Program-made: the position numbers and the translations under genes | Origin: Candidatus Limnocylindrales bacterium | Lineage (GTDB): Bacteria > Chloroflexota > Limnocylindria > Limnocylindrales > CSP1-4 | Assembly: GCA_038245845.1 (NCBI GenBank) | Contig: JBBRRZ010000016.1 | Coordinates: 133-64,132 of the forward strand | Direction of reading: 5' to 3' | DNA length: 64,000 nucleotides | Shown: piece after piece, positions 58,564 to 64,000 of the stretch | Position numbering within the stretch: the first letter of the stretch is position 1 | How the letters are laid out: every line of letters begins with the position of its first letter | The notes under the pieces: generated by a model | Database searches by the model: none | Told to the model about the DNA's origin: nothing | Seen by the model: only the letters and a program-made list of their open reading frames with translations

Positions 58564-59694
58564 GTGACTGGCGATACGGGCGCTGCGATCGAGCGGATCG
58601 AGGTCTTCGGGTACGAGCTGACCTACGCGCACGGCGACTACGTGATGTCGTCGGGGCGGATCGTGAACCGGCTGCCGAGCACGGTGGTCCGCGTCACCAC
58701 GCGCGATGGGACCCAGGGCTTCGGCGAGACGTGTCCCCTGGGCAGCACCTACCTCCCGGCCTTCGCCCAGGGTGCCCGTGCGGCCCTTCGCGAGCTCGCC
58801 CCGGCGCTCCTCGGCGCGGATGCGACCAACCTCGCCGAGGTCCACCGACGCATGGACGGAGCGCTCCGCGGCCACGGGTACGCGAAGAGCGCGCTGGATG
58901 TCGCGTGTTGGGACGCGTACGGGAAGCTCGTCGGGCAGTCCGTCGGGTCACTGCTGGGCGGCGTCCTCCAGCGCAGCCTCCCGCTGTATGTCGCGATCCC
59001 GCTCGGCCCGCCGGCCGAGATGGCGGCGTTCGCGCGCCGGGAGCGTGCATCCGGGATCCGGCGGTTCCAGCTGAAGCTCGGTGCGAGCCCGACAGAGGAT
59101 GCCGAGCGCGTCGCCGCAGTCCTGGAGGCCACCGGGCCGGGCGACGAGATCACCGGCGACGCCAACGGTGCGTGGCATCGCCAGGACGCGATCATGGCCG
59201 CGAACCTGCTCGCCGGCTCGCCCAGGTTCCGGCTCGAACAGCCGTGCCCCACGCTCGAGGAATGCGTGGCCGTCCGGCGTCAGATGTCGCTGCCGATGGT
59301 CCTCGACGAGGTCATCGTGGACCTGCCGACGCTTCTCCGGGCGGCGGGGCTGGATGCCATGGACCAGGTCAACCTCAAGATCAGCCGCGTCGGTGGCCTG
59401 CTTCCCGCACGGCTGATGCGGGACGTGTCTGTCAGCCTCGGGATCCGGCTCATGATCGAGGACAGCTGGGGCGGCGACATCGTCACTGCGGCGGTGGCGA
59501 ACCTGGCCGCCGGCACGCCGACGGACGCGCTGTTCGCCGTGTCATTCATGAACGACTGGACGAACGAGCATGTGGCCGGCTACCAGCCCCGGTCGTCGGC
59601 GGGGTTCGGGCCGGTGCCCACGGGTCCCGGCCTCGGGATCGAGGTCGACGTCGACTCTCTCGGCGAGCCGCTGTTCACGGTCCACGCAAGCTGA
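58564..59694 (+). CDS. Mandelate racemase/MLE family enzyme (HpbD or cis-3-hydroxyproline dehydratase-like)
   Basis: GETCPLG..YLPA, FQLKLG, DANG.W, EQPC, DE, NLKISRVGG, EDSWGGD. Confidence 0.88.
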   Translation: MTGDTGAAIERIEVFGYELTYAHGDYVMSSGRIVNRLPSTVVRVTTRDGTQGFGETCPLGSTYLPAFAQGARAALRELAPALLGADATNLAEVHRRMDGALRGHGYAKSALDVACWDAYGKLVGQSVGSLLGGVLQRSLPLYVAIPLGPPAEMAAFARRERASGIRRFQLKLGASPTEDAERVAAVLEATGPGDEITGDANGAWHRQDAIMAANLLAGSPRFRLEQPCPTLEECVAVRRQMSLPMVLDEVIVDLPTLLRAAGLDAMDQVNLKISRVGGLLPARLMRDVSVSLGIRLMIEDSWGGDIVTAAVANLAAGTPTDALFAVSFMNDWTNEHVAGYQPRSSAGFGPVPTGPGLGIEVDVDSLGEPLFTVHAS

Positions 59695-59761
59695 CCGGGC
59701 CGACGGCGCGGCGTCATCGCCCGGCGCCCAGCCGACGCCGCATCGGCGGCCCGGCGGCCTT

Positions 59762-60550
59762 TCAGCGGCCCGGCATCGCCCGCTCCGTGCGCTCGATGTC
59801 CTCGAGGACGCGGATCGTGGCCTCGGTGACGACGTCCAGGTAGCGCTCGCCGAACTCGGCGCTCGACGCCCGGGCGTCGCCCCACGTCCCCGACCGGCTC
59901 GCCCGGTACACCGACCCGGGCGAGGAGAAGAAGAACGCCGTGTGAACCGCACCCTCGCTGCGGACCTCGGGGAACGGCGGGAACTCGGCGTTCGCGAGCT
60001 CCATGTCCACGAGAGCCGGGTTGATCGCGAGCACGGCCGAGGTCTCGCCCTTGTTGGCGTGGAGGCCGTTCGCCGGGTCGAAGAACTCGGCCGCCTCCGC
60101 GGGCGTCATGCCGTCCCAGTAGTTGACCGGGAAGCAGCGGGTGCCGGCGGGCAGGCGATCCGCGGCGTTCGCACACGCGTACGCGATCGCGTAGGTGTTG
60201 TCGTAGTGCCCGTTGAGGAACACGATCCGCCGGAACCCGATCGACGCCAGCGAGACACACAGGTCCTCGATGAGTGCCATGAATGTGGGGATCCGGATGT
60301 GCACGAGACCCGTGAACCCGACGTGCGGGTAGGACAGCGAGTAGTTGACCGTGGGCGCAACGACCCCGCCGACGCGGGGCGCGACCCGCCGCCCGACCTC
60401 GGTCGGGACGAGGGCGTCGGTGAGCAGCGGCGCGTGCGGCCCGTGCTGCTCGGTCGACCCGACGGGCACGATCACGGTGTCGTGGCCAGCCAGGAACGCC
60501 TCGACCTCGAGTGTCGTCATCTCGCCCAGGAACACCGTCGGCGGCTTCAT
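59762..60550 (-). CDS. Creatininase-family amidohydrolase (variant)
   Basis: PVGSTEQHGPH..L.TD, NGHYDN, HANKGETS. Confidence 0.88.
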   Translation of the reverse strand: MKPPTVFLGEMTTLEVEAFLAGHDTVIVPVGSTEQHGPHAPLLTDALVPTEVGRRVAPRVGGVVAPTVNYSLSYPHVGFTGLVHIRIPTFMALIEDLCVSLASIGFRRIVFLNGHYDNTYAIAYACANAADRLPAGTRCFPVNYWDGMTPAEAAEFFDPANGLHANKGETSAVLAINPALVDMELANAEFPPFPEVRSEGAVHTAFFFSSPGSVYRASRSGTWGDARASSAEFGERYLDVVTEATIRVLEDIERTERAMPGR

Positions 60551-60581
60551 CGCGTCTCGTTCCCTTCCTCGCTCCGCGTCG

Positions 60582-61436
60582 TCAGGTGATGTGCGTCGTG
60601 AGCTCGCCGATCCCCTCGATCCCGATGGTGACGCTGTCGCCGGGCTCCAGGTGCCGGTCCGGTCCGGGCGGGCCTGCGAGGCGGGGCGGCGTCCCAGTGG
60701 CGATGAGGTCGCCCGGGCGCAGGACCGTGCGCCGGCTGAGGAACGCGATGATCTCCTCTACCGCGAAGCGCATGTGCGACGTGCGTCCGTCCTGGATCGC
60801 CTCGCCATTGATCATCGCCCGCAGCCGGATGTCCGTGACGTCGAGCGCGTCGCGGGTCACGATCCAGGGCCCCAGCGGGCAGAACCCGGCCATCGACTTG
60901 CCGAGCAGCCACTGGTCGCCATCCAGCCACGAATCGCGCGACGAGACGTCATTGAGGCAGGTCCAGCCGAAGACGTGGCGCAGCGCATCGGCGGGCGCGA
61001 CCGGCCCCAAGGTCGCCTCGCCGATGACGACGCCGAGCTCGACCTCCGGGTCAACGCTCGGCGTGAGCGTCCTGTCCCAGGCGAGGCGGTCGCCGTGGCC
61101 GGCGACGGCGGTTGGCAGCTTGCCGTAGACCAGGGGCCGATCGGGCCGCGACCCGTCCGGGTCATCGCCCGCGCGATAGTTCAGGCCAATCGTGTAGATG
61201 GCGCCCGGGTCGGGGACCGGCGGCCCGAGCCGGATGTCGGCCAGCGGGACCCACGCCGTCCGCGGCTGCGCGTCGGCCCACGCCCCGAGGCGGCGGGGTG
61301 CGTCTGGCCCGCCCGCCGCGACGGCGCGCATCGTCGCGAGGTCCGGAAGCGCGTCCCCGACGGGCATGGCGAACCCGCCGCGAACCACGGCGACCCCCGC
61401 CGCCGTCCCTGCCCCGATGACCGTCGCGATCCGCAT
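60582..61436 (-). CDS. Fumarylacetoacetate hydrolase family protein
   Basis: IGLNY, D.EVELGVVIG, NDVSSRD, GKS...FCPLGP, GDLIATGTP. Confidence 0.92.
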   Translation of the reverse strand: MRIATVIGAGTAAGVAVVRGGFAMPVGDALPDLATMRAVAAGGPDAPRRLGAWADAQPRTAWVPLADIRLGPPVPDPGAIYTIGLNYRAGDDPDGSRPDRPLVYGKLPTAVAGHGDRLAWDRTLTPSVDPEVELGVVIGEATLGPVAPADALRHVFGWTCLNDVSSRDSWLDGDQWLLGKSMAGFCPLGPWIVTRDALDVTDIRLRAMINGEAIQDGRTSHMRFAVEEIIAFLSRRTVLRPGDLIATGTPPRLAGPPGPDRHLEPGDSVTIGIEGIGELTTHIT

Positions 61437-61438
61437 GG

Positions 61439-62296
61439 CTACGCCGTCGCCGCGACGTCCGCGAGGAGCGGTGCGACGGCCTTCCGCATCACGCCCTCCA
61501 TCCCGGTGATGCCCGTCCATCGCTCGAACGCGATCGCGGCCTGGGCGATGAGCATCTCGCCGCCGTTCGCCGCGCGGAGGCCCCGCGCCCGCGCTGCGGC
61601 GAGGAGTGGCGTCTCCGCGGGGACGTACACGAGGTCGAAGACCGTCGCCTCGGCCGGCAGGCACTCGACGGCGATGGTGACGCCGGCATCGACCATGCCC
61701 ACGGTTGTAGCGTTGACCGCGACGTCCGCGCTCGCGAGCGCTTCCGCGAACGCCTGCCCGTCGAGCGTCGTCCCCCGGATCGCGCCCGCGCCCACGCCTG
61801 CAAACCGCGCCGCGAGGGCGAGTGCCGCGGGCATCGACCGGTTCCCGATCGTCACGGAGCGCGCGCCCGCGGACAGGCAGGCGAACACGACGGCGTGCGC
61901 AGCCCCGCCCGCGCCGGCAACCACGACGTTGGCGTCGCGCAGCGGCCGGCCCATCGCCAGCTCCACCCCGGCGCGGAATCCTGGCGCGTCGCTGTTGAAC
62001 CCGATGAGCCCGCCATCGGCCCGCTTGGCCACGTTGTTCACGGCCCCGATGCGCAGGGCCTCCGCCTCCACCTCGTCGCACAGCCCGGCAACGACGCGCT
62101 TGTATGGCGCCGTGACCCCCAGGCCGAGGAACCCTGGTCCGTGCGCTTCGGCGACGGCCCCCACGACCTCGGCTGCCTCGAGCTCCCTGAGCACGTATCG
62201 GGCGTCGATCCCCGCGGCGTCGAAGGCCGCATCGTGCATGACCTGCGAGTGACGGCGCCGGAGCGGCTTCCCCAGCAACGCGACCTGGCGGGTCAC
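61439..62296 (-). CDS. Shikimate dehydrogenase-like oxidoreductase (divergent substrate site)
   Basis: VTAPYK, GAVN, NSD..GF, GAGGAA, NAT.VGM, DLVY.P.ETPLL, G.EMLI.QA. Confidence 0.85.
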   Translation of the reverse strand: MTRQVALLGKPLRRRHSQVMHDAAFDAAGIDARYVLRELEAAEVVGAVAEAHGPGFLGLGVTAPYKRVVAGLCDEVEAEALRIGAVNNVAKRADGGLIGFNSDAPGFRAGVELAMGRPLRDANVVVAGAGGAAHAVVFACLSAGARSVTIGNRSMPAALALAARFAGVGAGAIRGTTLDGQAFAEALASADVAVNATTVGMVDAGVTIAVECLPAEATVFDLVYVPAETPLLAAARARGLRAANGGEMLIAQAAIAFERWTGITGMEGVMRKAVAPLLADVAATA

Positions 62297-63336
62297 GGGC
62301 GATCGGCCGCCATCCTGCGCACGGGCCCCGCGGTCGGCGGGAAGACGAGGCCGGGAATGACCTCGTCCACCCACGTTCGGAGCTGCGCCGGGTCAGGGGT
62401 CATCGTGTGGAGCATGAAGTACTCGACGCCCGCGTCGATGCGCCGCTGGAGCGATGCGATCACCTCGTCCGGGGTGCCGAACAGGTAGACCGACTCGAGG
62501 TAGTGCTCGCCGCGCTCCGCGCTCATGACCTTGAGGAACGCACGGTGCTGCTCCTCGCGGGCCTTCACGGGGTCGTTCGTCAGCACGAGATGGAGGAAGT
62601 TCTCGTGGGCGACGACGCACTCGCGCGGGTCCCGGCCGTGGTCGAGGTAGTACGCCTGCAGCTCCGCCCAGTCGCGCGCGATGTCGTCAGGCGGGCAGGT
62701 GGGCCGGGGGATCCAGCCGTCTGAGCGGAGCGTGCGTGCCTTGACCGACTCCACGAACCGCGGCAGGTCGGGGGACTTGGGGTCCGCGAGTTGCGAGCCA
62801 CCGCCGATCCAGATCTCGGGTCGCCGGGACGCGATGGGTTCGATGAACACATCGTCCACCGAGTAGTGGCGGCCGTGGTAGGTGACGGTCTCGCCTTCGA
62901 GGAGCGGGATCATGATGTCCAGCATCTCGTCGGTGCGGCGTCCGCGCTCGGTCTTCTTCACGCCCACGGCGTCGTACTCGGCGTCGTTCCAGCCGACCCC
63001 TGCGCCGAGGATGACCCGGTTCTCGGACAGGAACTGCAGTGTCGCGAGCTCCTTCGCGAGGAGCACCGGGTTGCGCAGCGGCATGATCAGGATCGACGTG
63101 CCCAGGCGGACCCGCTCGGTCACGCCCGCGGCCACGGCGAGCGCCGAGAGTGGCTCCAGGAACGACACCGAGTAGAAGCGCCTGGCCGCCAGCAGGTGGT
63201 CCGTGATGAACAGGCTGTCGAAGCCCAGGTCCTCCACCTCGCGGGCGAACGCCTTGATCCCGCGGGCGCGCTCGCCCCCGTCGCCCTCCCAGATGTACGA
63301 GGGCAGGAAGACGCCGAAGCGGCCGATATCACTCAT
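62293..63336 (-). CDS. LLM-class flavin-dependent oxidoreductase
   Basis: GFDSLFITDH, EPL..L, R.P.LLAKELATL, G.G.GW...EY, IWIGG, DGW. Confidence 0.9.
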   Translation of the reverse strand: MSDIGRFGVFLPSYIWEGDGGERARGIKAFAREVEDLGFDSLFITDHLLAARRFYSVSFLEPLSALAVAAGVTERVRLGTSILIMPLRNPVLLAKELATLQFLSENRVILGAGVGWNDAEYDAVGVKKTERGRRTDEMLDIMIPLLEGETVTYHGRHYSVDDVFIEPIASRRPEIWIGGGSQLADPKSPDLPRFVESVKARTLRSDGWIPRPTCPPDDIARDWAELQAYYLDHGRDPRECVVAHENFLHLVLTNDPVKAREEQHRAFLKVMSAERGEHYLESVYLFGTPDEVIASLQRRIDAGVEYFMLHTMTPDPAQLRTWVDEVIPGLVFPPTAGPVRRMAADRP

Positions 63337-63399
63337 GGGGTCGGGTCCTCGAGGGGCGGGGGAGGGGACTGGACGGGCATGCCGGCGGGCGGGTCGGGG

Positions 63400-63999
63400 T
63401 CATCGGCCGCGATACTCGGGGTCGCGCTTGGCGAAGAACGCGGCTGCCCCCTCGAGCAGGTCGTCGGTGGTGAACACGCGCACGGACGCCTCGAGCTCCG
63501 CGGCGAGCCCCTCCCCGAGCGCGAGGTCCGCCGAGGCATCGAGGAGACGCTTCGCCTCCCGGACGGCAACGGGACCGCGCGCGGCGATCTGCGCGCCGAT
63601 CTCGAGCGCGACCACCAGTGCCGCTCCCGCGGGCACGACCCGCGTGACCAGCCCGATCCGCTCGGCCTCCAGCGCATCGACGACCCGGCCGCTCAGGATC
63701 AGGTCCTTCGCCCGCGCCAGCCCGACCAGACGCGGCAGCCGCTGGGTGCCGCCCGCCCCGGGGATGACGGCGAGGCGGACCTCGGGCAGGCCGAGCTTCG
63801 CCCGCTCCGACGCAATGCGCAGGTCGCACGCGAGGGCGAGCTCCAGGCCGCCACCCAGCGCGTTGCCCTCGATCGCCGCGATCGTCGGCATCGGAAGGGT
63901 CGCCAGCCGGGTGGCGACGCCGCTCTCGCGCGCGAGCCGCTCCCGGCCGCCGGGACCACGCTGCTCCTCGAACTCGGCGACGTGCGACCCGGCGCTGAA
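63400..63999 (-). CDS. Enoyl-CoA hydratase/isomerase family protein (5' end beyond the window)
   Basis: FSAG, IAAIEG.ALGGG.ELALACD.R, GLPEV..AVIPG.GGTQRL. Confidence 0.92.
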   Translation of the reverse strand, partial: FSAGSHVAEFEEQRGPGGRERLARESGVATRLATLPMPTIAAIEGNALGGGLELALACDLRIASERAKLGLPEVRLAVIPGAGGTQRLPRLVGLARAKDLILSGRVVDALEAERIGLVTRVVPAGAALVVALEIGAQIAARGPVAVREAKRLLDASADLALGEGLAAELEASVRVFTTDDLLEGAAAFFAKRDPEYRGR

Positions 64000-64000
64000 C

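Noticed and set aside
59695-59761. Intrinsic terminator between convergent genes
   Set aside because: GC-rich stems are possible but there is no U-tract on either strand, so it cannot be supported as a terminator.

Overview
64 kb of very GC-rich bacterial chromosome. Gene content and style (many Pro/Ser/Thr-linker membrane-anchored proteins, ECF sigma/anti-sigma pairs, pyrR-pyrB-pyrC, fused ctaA-ctaB) suggest a Chloroflexota (Limnocylindria-like) or actinobacterial-type organism; this is inference only. 1-12.2 kb is an accessory patchwork: lipoproteins, small membrane proteins, an ECF/anti-sigma pair, a Fic protein, gene remnants and rearrangement scars. 12.2-17.2 kb is an SDR plus SRPBCC/FAD-oxidoreductase/DUF1365/CFA-methylase lipid-modification operon resembling the furan fatty acid pathway. 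17-27.6 kb holds an M20 amidohydrolase, VOC protein, flavin oxidoreductase, GH3, lipB, a GalT-like protein lacking its catalytic His, a second ECF/anti-sigma pair and an RlpA-like protein. 27.6-48.4 kb is a dispersed pyrimidine cluster (tandem PyrR sites, pyrR-B-C, divergent pyrK-pyrD, pyrE) interleaved with paralogous Cys-paired ectodomain proteins, amine-metabolism enzymes, and a third ECF pair preceded by a gene sharing the anti-sigma's sensor domain. 48.4-64 kb has heme/oxidase assembly genes, a beta-CASP nuclease, a Rieske oxygenase, a truncated globin, vapBC, an enolase-superfamily epimerase and an unassigned catabolic operon. I found no rRNA, tRNA, CRISPR array, transposase, integrase or reverse transcriptase. 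All family assignments come from motif recognition by eye, not database searches. Best novelty candidates: the three-component ECF module (43.0-46.3 kb), the uncharacterised repeated ectodomain family (30.8-35.6 kb), the His-to-Cys GalT-like protein, the furan-fatty-acid-like operon, the ECH/LLM/AroE-like/FAH/creatininase operon, and several structured leaders and micro-ORFs.
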